Source of the DNA: Armatimonadota bacterium
Lineage (GTDB): Bacteria > Armatimonadota > SYMT01
DNA: 64,000 bases
Assembly (NCBI GenBank): GCA_041690135.1
Contig: JAWLHY010000010.1
Span: 288,001-352,000, forward strand
Direction of reading: 5' to 3'
In this document: positions 38,730 through 47,319 of the stretch, piece by piece
How positions within the stretch are numbered: position 1 is the stretch's first letter
How the letters are laid out: every line of letters begins with the position of its first letter
The notes under the pieces: model-generated
The model's database searches: none
What the model saw: only the letters and a program-made list of their open reading frames with translations
What the model was told of the DNA's origin: nothing
Program-made: the position numbers and the translations under genes

Positions 38730-39078
38730 CAGTGAACTACGGATGCCCGAGTAGATACCGGGGCTACAGCAAACAGGCGCCTCAAGTCGCGTGCTGAAAA
38801 AGCGCTAAGTCGGCACCCCCTCGGGGCGTAAACCTGCGCCGACTGGTATCGCTGCCTGGCTTTCCGACCACACCAGGTGAACTGCGACTGTAGCGTTAGA
38901 GAGAACCTAAATCCCACGGAATGAATGCGACACGCCCGTTAACGCCACCTCCTCTACGAATACTTCCTTCCCTTGCGGATTTGACTCCCCCCGAGGGGCG
39001 TAAACCTTTGCGCGAGATTCCGTCTTCCCGGCGGCTTAAACACGCAACCGGAACGAGCTCTCGTTGTCGCAACAGGCA

Positions 39079-41787
39079 ATGAGAAGCCGGGTCGTTCCAA
39101 TACTCCTTACGGCGCTCGTCGCGGCGGCGGCGCATGCCGCGCCTGCGACACGTTCTGGACACACCGACGCACGCGCGGCTAAGCCCAGCGTAGTGCCCAG
39201 GCTGGTCGTTACCCCCACGAGTTTCCGGCTGGCGGATCCGGATGCCCGGCAGCAGCTTGTGGTCACGCAGAAGGCAGCGGATGGCCGACTCCTGGAGCGG
39301 ACCGGGAGTGCGAAGTTCGTGAGCCTGGACCCGAAGGTGGCGCAGGTATCCGCTTCGGGATTGGTAACGCCGGTGAGGGATGGGGTGGCCCGGATCCGGG
39401 CGCGCTGGAACGCCGGCGTGACCGATGCGGTCGTATCGGTAGAGGTGCGCAACGCCCGGCCCCCAAGCTTCACGCGCGATATCCAGCCGCTGCTGACCGC
39501 CGCGGGCTGCAACGGCGGCACCTGCCACGGAAAGGCGGAAGGGCAGGCCGGCTTCCGACTCTCCCTGTTCGGCTACGATCCGGAGTTCGATTACGAAACG
39601 ATCGTCAAGGCTTCCGGAGGCCGCCGGGTGGCTCGCCTCGATGCGGCCCGGAGCCTGCTGCTGTTGAAGGCCACCTCGCAAGTTCCGCACGGCGGCGGAC
39701 TGCGACTGCGACCCGGCTCCCGGCCCTATCGGCTCCTTACCCGCTGGATCGCTTCCGCCGCTCCCTACCGCGGCGACGGGGAACCGGGTCTGACCGGCAT
39801 CACGGTGTACCCGCCGGAGCGTTCCCTTGGCCTGAACGCTTCCCAGCGACTGATCGTCACCGCGCGCTACGCGGACGGTTCCACGCGCGACGTCACCCAC
39901 GAGGCAAAGTACACCTCCAATAACCCGGCGATCCTGAACGTGGATGAAGAGGGCCGCGCTACCAGTCGCGATCTCCCCGGCGCTGCCGCCGTGATGGCCA
40001 GCTACCAGGGCCTCCTCGCCACCAGCCGGATCCTGGTGCCCCGCAGCGCCACCGGCCCCACACCGGCCCTGCCCCCGGCAGACAGCTACATCGATCGTCT
40101 CGTGTGGTCCCGCCTGGCCAAGCTGCGCATCCAGCCTTCCGAACCGGCCACCGACGAAGAGTTCCTTCGCCGCGCTTACCTCGATCTCATCGGCACCCTG
40201 CCCACCGTCGCCGAAACACGCGCATTTCTGGCAGAGTGCGAAGCAGAACGCAAGGCGGGTGCCGAGAACAGAGCGAAGGGGGGCAGGGGGCAGGGGGCGG
40301 GGGGGCTTGGAGGACAGGGCAGGTACGGTTTGGCAGGACGCAGGGGGGCAAAAGTGCTGGGTGCGAGGGGGAAGGGAGCCCTGTTAACTGCAGCCACATC
40401 TGAATCCCGCGGTTCGGGTTACGCATTACGTAATACGCATTACTCTGCCGCCGCTAACCCACCGCCCGCTCTGAAAACCCGCGCCAAGTTAGTTGACGAG
40501 CTGTTACGGCGCCCCGAATACGCCGACTTCTGGGCCTTGAAGTGGGCCGACGTCCTGCGGGTGGACAAGCGGAAGCTGGGGGCTAAGGGAGCGCACGGCT
40601 TTTACCAGTGGCTGCGGAGCGCCGTGGCGGAGAACCTTCCGTACCACCAGTTCGTGCGGGAGATCGTCACCGCCAGCGGCAGTTCGGCAGAGAATGGGGC
40701 CGTCAACCTGTTCCGGGTGCTGGAGAAGCCGGAGGAGACCGCCAGCAGCCTGAGCCAGGTCTTTCTGGGCGTGCGGATCGAGTGCGCCCAGTGCCACCAC
40801 CACCCGTTCGAGAAGTGGAGCCAGGACGACTACTACGGGATGGTCGGCTTCTTCACCCGGTTAAAGAAGAAGGCGGACGGTCCCCACTCGATCCTCCTGG
40901 CTGCCGGCGGCAACGGGGAGGCGAAGCACCCGCGGACCGGCGAGACGGTCCCCCCGCACCCGCTTGAGGAGAAGCCAGAGGACCTTTCCAGCTTGCCGGA
41001 CCGGCGGCTGCGGCTGGCCGATTGGATGGCCCATCCCAGCAACCGTTTCGTGCCCCGGATGCTGGTGAACCGGATCTGGGCGCATTTCCTGGGCCGGGGC
41101 ATCGTGGAACCCGTCGACGATTTCCGCGACACGAACCCGCCCAGCAACCCGGAGCTACTTGACGCGCTGACTAAAGACTTCGTACAGGGTGGTTACGACG
41201 TGCAACGGCTGATCCGCCGGATCATGAACTCGCAGGTCTACCAGCTATCCAGCCGAAGCAACCCGACCAACGCGGGCGACGAGCAGAGCTTCAGCCGCGC
41301 CTATCCGAAGCGTTTGATGGCGGAAGTGATGATGGATGCGGTGGCTTCGGTAACGGGAGTGCCGCCGGACCTGGGGGGCCTCCCCGCCGGCACCCGTGCC
41401 ATCCAGGTGTGGGACAGCGAGTGGAGCACCCAGTGGCAGTCCTACTTCCTCAACATCTTCGGGCGGCCGGCTCGGAGCCATCCCTGTGAGTGCGAGCGTT
41501 CCCAGGAGCCGAGCATCGTCCAGGTGCTCCACCTGATGAACTCGCCGGAGATCCAGCAGCAGATCGCCGACCGCCGCGGCCGCGCGCGGGCGCTGGCCCG
41601 GAGCGATCGCACACCCGGGCAGATCGTGGAGGAGCTGTTCCTCGCGGCGTATGCCCGCCGCCCCACGGCCGCGGAGGAGGCGCAGGCCCTTCTCACCTTC
41701 GAGCGCGCGGGCGGCGACCGCATCCGGGCCACGGAAGACGTGCTCTGGGCCCTGATGAACACGATGGAGTTTGTCTTCAACCACTAG
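39079..41787 (+). CDS. DUF1549/DUF1553 protein with Ig-like (Big_2) domains
   Basis: GCNGGTCHG, DEEFLRRAYLDLIG, CAQCHHHPFEKW, PSNPELLD and CECER; carries an extra segment of about 80 aa. Confidence 0.93.
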   Translation: MRSRVVPILLTALVAAAAHAAPATRSGHTDARAAKPSVVPRLVVTPTSFRLADPDARQQLVVTQKAADGRLLERTGSAKFVSLDPKVAQVSASGLVTPVRDGVARIRARWNAGVTDAVVSVEVRNARPPSFTRDIQPLLTAAGCNGGTCHGKAEGQAGFRLSLFGYDPEFDYETIVKASGGRRVARLDAARSLLLLKATSQVPHGGGLRLRPGSRPYRLLTRWIASAAPYRGDGEPGLTGITVYPPERSLGLNASQRLIVTARYADGSTRDVTHEAKYTSNNPAILNVDEEGRATSRDLPGAAAVMASYQGLLATSRILVPRSATGPTPALPPADSYIDRLVWSRLAKLRIQPSEPATDEEFLRRAYLDLIGTLPTVAETRAFLAECEAERKAGAENRAKGGRGQGAGGLGGQGRYGLAGRRGAKVLGARGKGALLTAATSESRGSGYALRNTHYSAAANPPPALKTRAKLVDELLRRPEYADFWALKWADVLRVDKRKLGAKGAHGFYQWLRSAVAENLPYHQFVREIVTASGSSAENGAVNLFRVLEKPEETASSLSQVFLGVRIECAQCHHHPFEKWSQDDYYGMVGFFTRLKKKADGPHSILLAAGGNGEAKHPRTGETVPPHPLEEKPEDLSSLPDRRLRLADWMAHPSNRFVPRMLVNRIWAHFLGRGIVEPVDDFRDTNPPSNPELLDALTKDFVQGGYDVQRLIRRIMNSQVYQLSSRSNPTNAGDEQSFSRAYPKRLMAEVMMDAVASVTGVPPDLGGLPAGTRAIQVWDSEWSTQWQSYFLNIFGRPARSHPCECERSQEPSIVQVLHLMNSPEIQQQIADRRGRARALARSDRTPGQIVEELFLAAYARRPTAAEEAQALLTFERAGGDRIRATEDVLWALMNTMEFVFNH
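40234..40473 (+). repeat. In-frame heptamer-repeat insertion B
   Basis: About 240 bp between ETRAFLA and KTRAKLVDELL; contains GGGGGGCAGGGGGCAGGGGGCGGGGGGG and TTACGCATTACGTAATACGCATTAC. Confidence 0.75.
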
Positions 41788-41907
41788 AATTGAGTTCCAG
41801 GTTCATAGGAGCCTGCGGAGGCAGGCTTAGCTGTTTGTAGGCGCGAGTTCACTCGCCCAGCCGCAACTGCCACTATTGAACCATCTTTCTCCGCTTCGGA
41901 GGTCCGT

Positions 41908-43248
41908 ATGAAGGGTCGATACTGTGATGGAATCCGCCGCCGCGACCTGCTGCGGGTCGGTGCGCTGCCGGCCCTGGGGCTGGCCCTACCGGACCTCTTC
42001 CGGATGCAGGCGGCCGCCGCGGCGGAGACTCCCCGTGGGAAGGCGGGGCGCAAGGACATCAACTGCATCCTGATCTTTCAGGAGGGCGGTCCCAGCCAGC
42101 TCGAAACCTTCGACCTGAAGCCGGACGGACCGGTCGAGACCCGCGGTGAGTTCAAGCCGATCCGGACCAACGTACCCGGCTTCGACATCGCCGAGCACCT
42201 TCCCAAGCTGGCCCGGGTGGCGGACAAGTTCTCGGTCATCCGTTCGCTCACGCACACCAATGCCGGACACGGCGGCGGCGCGCACTACATGTGCACCGGG
42301 CGGCACCCCGCAGCCGGATTCCAGGAGGGGCTCACCCGGCCCAATAACCAGCATCCTTTCTTCGGCTCCGTGGTCTCCATGGCGCGGGGAGCCCGGCAGG
42401 ACCTGCCGCCCTACATCAGTCTCCCCGCCCTGCTCACCTACGGCGGACCGGCTTTCCTCGGCCCCGGCTACATGCCGTTCGTCATCGAGAGCGACCCGGC
42501 CTCGCCCAGCTTCAGCGTCCGCGATCTGCGGACCGCCCCCGGCATCGAGGCGGCCCGGCGAGAAGAACGGCAGCGGCTCCGCGCGGCCCTGGATGCCCGC
42601 GGGAAGGAGCGCCTGGCGAAGCCGAACCCGAAGGTCGCCGCCCTCGACACCTTCTACCAAAAAGCCTTCGACCTGGTGACCAGCACCGCCGCCCAGCGCG
42701 CCTTCAACCTGGAGAGTGAGCCGGCGAAGGTCCGCGATATTTACAGCCGCACCACTTTCGGACAGAGCTGCCTCCTGGCACGACGCCTGGTGGAGGCCGG
42801 CACCCGCTTCGTGGCAATCGAACACGCGGGGTGGGACAACCACACGACGATCTTCCCCACGCTGAAGGACGACCTACTTCCGGAAATGGACACCGGCATC
42901 GCCACCCTGCTGAGTGACCTGGACCAGCGCGGCCTGCTCGACACCACGCTCGTGGTGGCGTTCGGCGAGTTCGGCCGAACGCCCAAAATCAATAAGGACG
43001 GCGGTCGCGACCACTGGCCTAACGTCGGCTCCGTGCTCATCGCGGGTGGCGGCATCAAGAACGGGCGGATTGTCGGCGCTACCGACCGCGCCTCCGAGTT
43101 CCCCACCGAGCGCCCCGTCAAGCCGGAGGACCTCGCGGCCACGCTCTACCAGTGCCTGGGGGTCGACCCGAAGATGATCGTGGAAACTCCGCTCGGCCGG
43201 CCCGTGCAGATCGTCACCGACGGCGAGCCCGTCCATGAACTCCTCTAA
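41908..43248 (+). CDS. DUF1501 domain protein (Tat signal)
   Basis: CDGIRRRDLL, GGPSQLETFDLKP, LLARRLVEAG, WDNH, GEFGRTP and GRDHW. Confidence 0.93.
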   Translation: MKGRYCDGIRRRDLLRVGALPALGLALPDLFRMQAAAAAETPRGKAGRKDINCILIFQEGGPSQLETFDLKPDGPVETRGEFKPIRTNVPGFDIAEHLPKLARVADKFSVIRSLTHTNAGHGGGAHYMCTGRHPAAGFQEGLTRPNNQHPFFGSVVSMARGARQDLPPYISLPALLTYGGPAFLGPGYMPFVIESDPASPSFSVRDLRTAPGIEAARREERQRLRAALDARGKERLAKPNPKVAALDTFYQKAFDLVTSTAAQRAFNLESEPAKVRDIYSRTTFGQSCLLARRLVEAGTRFVAIEHAGWDNHTTIFPTLKDDLLPEMDTGIATLLSDLDQRGLLDTTLVVAFGEFGRTPKINKDGGRDHWPNVGSVLIAGGGIKNGRIVGATDRASEFPTERPVKPEDLAATLYQCLGVDPKMIVETPLGRPVQIVTDGEPVHELL

Positions 43249-43254
43249 TGGATA

Positions 43255-45657
43255 ATGATAAGGATGAGGATAAGGATCTGGATACCACTGGTTGGCCTGT
43301 GCAGTGCGAGTGGGGCACTGGCGCAGAGTAGTGAGCCGAACCATGCCTACCTTTTCCCGGCGGGCGGACAGCGCGGGACGCAGGTGACCGTGCGAGTGGA
43401 AGGAGAGAACATCACCCGCGCCTGTGATTTCCACCTGCGGCCCACCCCAGGGGTATCCGCGCCGGCGCAGACCCGCGAGCGACAGATCACTCTCAAGCTG
43501 GATAAGAGCGCGCCCCTGGGCACCGTTCCCTGGCGCATCGCCACTGCGAACGGCGGCACCGGCAGCCGGGGGTTCGTGGTGGGCGACTACCCGGAAGTCC
43601 TGGAAGACGAGAAAGGACCCCACTCCAAGAGCGCTCAACCGGTGGGCCTCCCGGTAACGGTTAACGGGCGGGTCGATCCCCAGGCCGATGTCGACCGGTT
43701 TAGCTTCGAGCTCGAGGCAGGACAGCGCTTCTTCGCCGAGGTGATGGCGGCCCGGCTGGGAGGCCCCATCGACACCAACGTCTTCACCGGCCAGTTCGGC
43801 AACCCGCCCGGCGACATCACCTACAAGCAGCTCGACGCCAGCCTGAAAGTCTACGGTCCGGATGGCAAACTCGTCGCGCAGGCGGAGGATACCTTCGGGC
43901 TCGACCCGGCCGTAGGCTTCCGCGCGCCCGTCAAGGGGCGGTATGTGGCGGAGATCCATCACCTGGCGCATGCGGGCATGCCGCAGTTCGTGTACCGGCT
44001 CACCCTGGCGCCGGGCGCGCTGGTCGAGGCCATTTACCCCGCGGGCGGGCGTCGCGGCACCAGCGATGCCGTGGCGCTGGTGAGCCCGGCCTTCCCCCCC
44101 GCCGGGGATGGCGATCAACAACTCGGCGACGTTTCGCAGACCCTGCGGTTCGCGGCAAGCGAGGGGACCTGCGAGATGCCCGCCCGGCTGACCGCAGGCG
44201 GTGGGATGTCCAACCTGATTCCGCTGCGGGTGGGAGATCATCCCGAAGTTCGGGAAGCCGAGCCGAACGACCGTCCGGAACAGGCGGCCCGGGTAACCCT
44301 GCCCGCCACGGTGAACGGCCGCTTCCTCACTCCCGGTGATACGGACCTCTTCCGCGTACGTCTCCGCAAGGGCGAAACCTGGCGCTTCGATGCCTGGGTG
44401 GCGCGCGTGGGCTCTCCCACCGATGCCGACCTTTCGCTGATCGATGCCGGTGGGAGAGTGGTCGCGACCAACGACGATGGCGTCCCCGGCACGCATGACC
44501 CACGCTTCTGGTACACCGCTCCTGCCGACGGAGAGTATCTGCTGCAGATCCGTGAGACCGGCATGAGCCGCCTGGGAGAGCGCCTGGTCTACCGGTTGGA
44601 AGCGCACCCCCAGGCCCCGGACTTCGAGCTGGAAGCCGGGCCCGAGGCAGCGGATCTCGCCGGCGGCGGATCGGTGGAATTCAAAGTCACCGTGCGGCGG
44701 CTCGGCGGGTTCGCAGGTGCTCTCACCCTTGCGGCGGAAGGGCTTCCATCCGGGGTGACCTGTGCTCCCCTGACGTTAACTGAAAAGCAGGATAAGGGGA
44801 CACTCAAGCTCACGGCTGCCGCGGACGCTCGACCCGGCAGCGGCCCCATCCAGATCGTGGCCCGGGGAACCCTGGCCGGTGGAGGGGCAACTCGAACCGC
44901 CTCAATACCGGTGACCAACCCGGCCGAGGTGGCCCTGGGCTCCGCCCCGCGCTACCGGGACGACCTGCTGCTCACCGTCCGCTATCCCACCCCTTTCAAG
45001 ATCGAAGCGGACGACAGCTACGTCTTCATGAACCTCGGCACGCTCTACCCAGCCAAAGTGACCGTCTCCCGGGAGCCCGGGTTTACGGCGCCGCTCACCT
45101 TCAACGCCGCCGACCGTCAGCCGCGCGACCCGCAGGGCATCACCTTCGCGCCGATCGTGGTTACCGATCAGAAGAACGAGATCTTCTTCCCCATGCGGCT
45201 GCCTCAGGGCCCGCGCGGCAACCCCATCGTGCGGATGTACGTGAAGGCGGAGGCCGTGGTGAAGGACGCGGAAGGCCGGGAGTGGCACCTCTTGCAGACC
45301 TCACCCAAGCAGGTGGTGCTGCGCACACAGGCGCCGGTGTTCAGCCTGGACGTGGAGCCCGCCGTGATCCGCGCCAAACCAGGAACACCGGTATCCGTTC
45401 GTTTCCGCCTGGGCCGCACGGCCTCCGTACCCGGTGAGGCCGAGATCCGCCTTTCCGCACCGGGGGAGATGCGGGGGGTCACCCTGAATACGGTGCGCGT
45501 GAAGACAGGGACTTCGGAGACGGAAGGATTGCTGCGGATCGCTCCCGGAGCCACCCTGGGACCCGACAACCGCCTCTGGTTCGAAGCGAGCACGAAACGC
45601 AGCGATACGGGCCACACCGTCTTCTTCCGCGTGCCCGTGGAGCTGGACCTGCTGTAG
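43255..45657 (+). CDS. PPC (pre-peptidase C-terminal) domain protein
   Basis: FPAGGQRGT, repeated LP.TVNGR...D.D.F and E.EPND motifs; directly follows DUF1501. Confidence 0.85.
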   Translation: MIRMRIRIWIPLVGLCSASGALAQSSEPNHAYLFPAGGQRGTQVTVRVEGENITRACDFHLRPTPGVSAPAQTRERQITLKLDKSAPLGTVPWRIATANGGTGSRGFVVGDYPEVLEDEKGPHSKSAQPVGLPVTVNGRVDPQADVDRFSFELEAGQRFFAEVMAARLGGPIDTNVFTGQFGNPPGDITYKQLDASLKVYGPDGKLVAQAEDTFGLDPAVGFRAPVKGRYVAEIHHLAHAGMPQFVYRLTLAPGALVEAIYPAGGRRGTSDAVALVSPAFPPAGDGDQQLGDVSQTLRFAASEGTCEMPARLTAGGGMSNLIPLRVGDHPEVREAEPNDRPEQAARVTLPATVNGRFLTPGDTDLFRVRLRKGETWRFDAWVARVGSPTDADLSLIDAGGRVVATNDDGVPGTHDPRFWYTAPADGEYLLQIRETGMSRLGERLVYRLEAHPQAPDFELEAGPEAADLAGGGSVEFKVTVRRLGGFAGALTLAAEGLPSGVTCAPLTLTEKQDKGTLKLTAAADARPGSGPIQIVARGTLAGGGATRTASIPVTNPAEVALGSAPRYRDDLLLTVRYPTPFKIEADDSYVFMNLGTLYPAKVTVSREPGFTAPLTFNAADRQPRDPQGITFAPIVVTDQKNEIFFPMRLPQGPRGNPIVRMYVKAEAVVKDAEGREWHLLQTSPKQVVLRTQAPVFSLDVEPAVIRAKPGTPVSVRFRLGRTASVPGEAEIRLSAPGEMRGVTLNTVRVKTGTSETEGLLRIAPGATLGPDNRLWFEASTKRSDTGHTVFFRVPVELDLL

Positions 45658-45663
45658 CTGCCG

Positions 45664-46395
45664 TTACAGGCGGGATGGCAGCAAGACCAGTTCGGGCACG
45701 TGGCAGCGGGGAGGTAGGGAGGCCACGAAGAGGCACGCCTCCGCCACATCTTCCGGCTGGAGGGCGTGCTGCATCACCTCGGGCGGGGTAGGCACGGGGC
45801 GTTTCAGCACGAGCTCCGTATCGCAGAGTCCGGGGTAGATGACGCTGGTCCGGATCCCGTTCGCCTTCTCCTCCGCCATCGCTCCGGCGGCGATCCCGTC
45901 CAGGCCCGCCTTGGAGGCCTGGTAGGCGATCCCCGAAACATCTCCGTGCTTCACGGCTCCCGTGGAGAGGTATACGATCAGCCCATCCCCCTGCTCGCGC
46001 ATCACCGGCACGGCCAGTTGCGTGCAGTGGTAAGCGCCCGTGACGTTGGTCGCCAGCATCTCTTCCCACATTTCCGGAGTGAGGCGGTCCAGGGAACGGT
46101 CCGGGATGTTCGTGCCCGTGGCGTACACCAGGATATCGATCCGGCCGAATTGGGCCCGTGTCAGGTTGATCAGGCCGGTCACCGCTTCGCGGTCGCGGAC
46201 GTCGCAGGGCACGCCCAACGCCACCTGGCCCGTTTCCGCGACGATCTGCTCGCCCAATTCCTGCAGCAACCCGGCCCGCCGACCGGCCAGCGACAGGCGC
46301 GCCCCCTCACGCGCAAAGAGCAAAGCCGTCGCACGGCCCATACCGCTCGTGGCGCCCACGACCACCGCTACCTTACCCGTAAGCTTTCCCGCCAT
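45664..46395 (-). CDS. SDR family oxidoreductase
   Basis: GATSGMG and YQASK. Confidence 0.92.
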   Translation of the reverse strand: MAGKLTGKVAVVVGATSGMGRATALLFAREGARLSLAGRRAGLLQELGEQIVAETGQVALGVPCDVRDREAVTGLINLTRAQFGRIDILVYATGTNIPDRSLDRLTPEMWEEMLATNVTGAYHCTQLAVPVMREQGDGLIVYLSTGAVKHGDVSGIAYQASKAGLDGIAAGAMAEEKANGIRTSVIYPGLCDTELVLKRPVPTPPEVMQHALQPEDVAEACLFVASLPPRCHVPELVLLPSRL

Positions 46396-46544
46396 GACCC
46401 GTCCTCCCCTAGACCATCCGACGGGAGAAACGTTCCTTATCGGGGGAAGAGGTTCCTACCTCGAAACCGCGGCCCCATCGAGCGAGGTCGCCAGGCTCGC
46501 CCGACGAGGCCGCTCCGATCCACCCCCCACCCCTATCCCCCACT

Positions 46545-47129
46545 TTACGAGCGGGGTTGGAGCGTGAAGTGACCCGCCAGCGCGTCTCCCGGAGGAGGCC
46601 CCTCGTTCGTAAACAGGACGTGGGCAAAGATCTCCTCACGCGAGACGAGTCCGAACTGGCGGCTGTCGGTCGAGACGGCGCGGTGATCTCCGAGCATGAA
46701 GTAGTGATCTTTCGGGACCGTCCGGCGAATCAGTTTGTAGGAGGTGGACCAGGGCTTCCGCTGCATCGCCCGCTGCAGTTTCGGCAGTTGAAAGGCAGCC
46801 ACGAGCATGTCATCCTTACACTCGCCCAGGCCGGGATCGCGCGTTCGGAGCAGGTAGATCGTGTCCCCCGGACCGGCGACGACTCGCTTGACGTAGTTGA
46901 CATTGTTCTTCCGGAAGACAACCACGTCCCCTCGTTGCACCGGTTGATGCAGGTAATGGGTGCGGTCCATCAGGTAGACCTGTCCGTGCCGGAGGGTCGG
47001 CTCCATGCTGGTCCCATCCACCACTCCCAGCTTGAGGGGGGAGGCTAGCAAGGCGCCCGCCAATACGAAACCGAAGCAGTGGAGCCGCGTCGCACCGCGG
47101 CGAGTTCCCCATCCCAGGCGGATCCGCAT
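46545..47129 (-). CDS. lepB: Signal peptidase I
   Basis: GTSMEPTL, RGDVVVF, YVKRVV and GDHRAVSTDSR. Confidence 0.9.
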   Translation of the reverse strand: MRIRLGWGTRRGATRLHCFGFVLAGALLASPLKLGVVDGTSMEPTLRHGQVYLMDRTHYLHQPVQRGDVVVFRKNNVNYVKRVVAGPGDTIYLLRTRDPGLGECKDDMLVAAFQLPKLQRAMQRKPWSTSYKLIRRTVPKDHYFMLGDHRAVSTDSRQFGLVSREEIFAHVLFTNEGPPPGDALAGHFTLQPRS

Positions 47130-47319
47130 TTGAACACCTCGTCCTTCCCGCAAGCCCGCTAACCATCGCACGGACCGGCATCCGGTCACCCTGGCGGGCA
47201 TCTACAGCATAGACGGGGTTTCCTCCAGATCGTTGGGGCTAATGAACGACTAAAGTACTGGGGTGTTGTGTCTGGCACCCCGCACTTCCAGCAAGGATCG
47301 GAGAGGCTCGCGCGAACAA

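Noticed and set aside
38823-39025. Repeated GGGGCGTAAACCT as ECF promoter elements
   Set aside because: Spacing to a CGTC -10 element is not canonical or consistent; support is insufficient.
28903-40473. Inteins or group I/II introns as the in-frame inserts
   Set aside because: Too short, with no C/S...HN intein termini and no GUGCG or group I core motifs.
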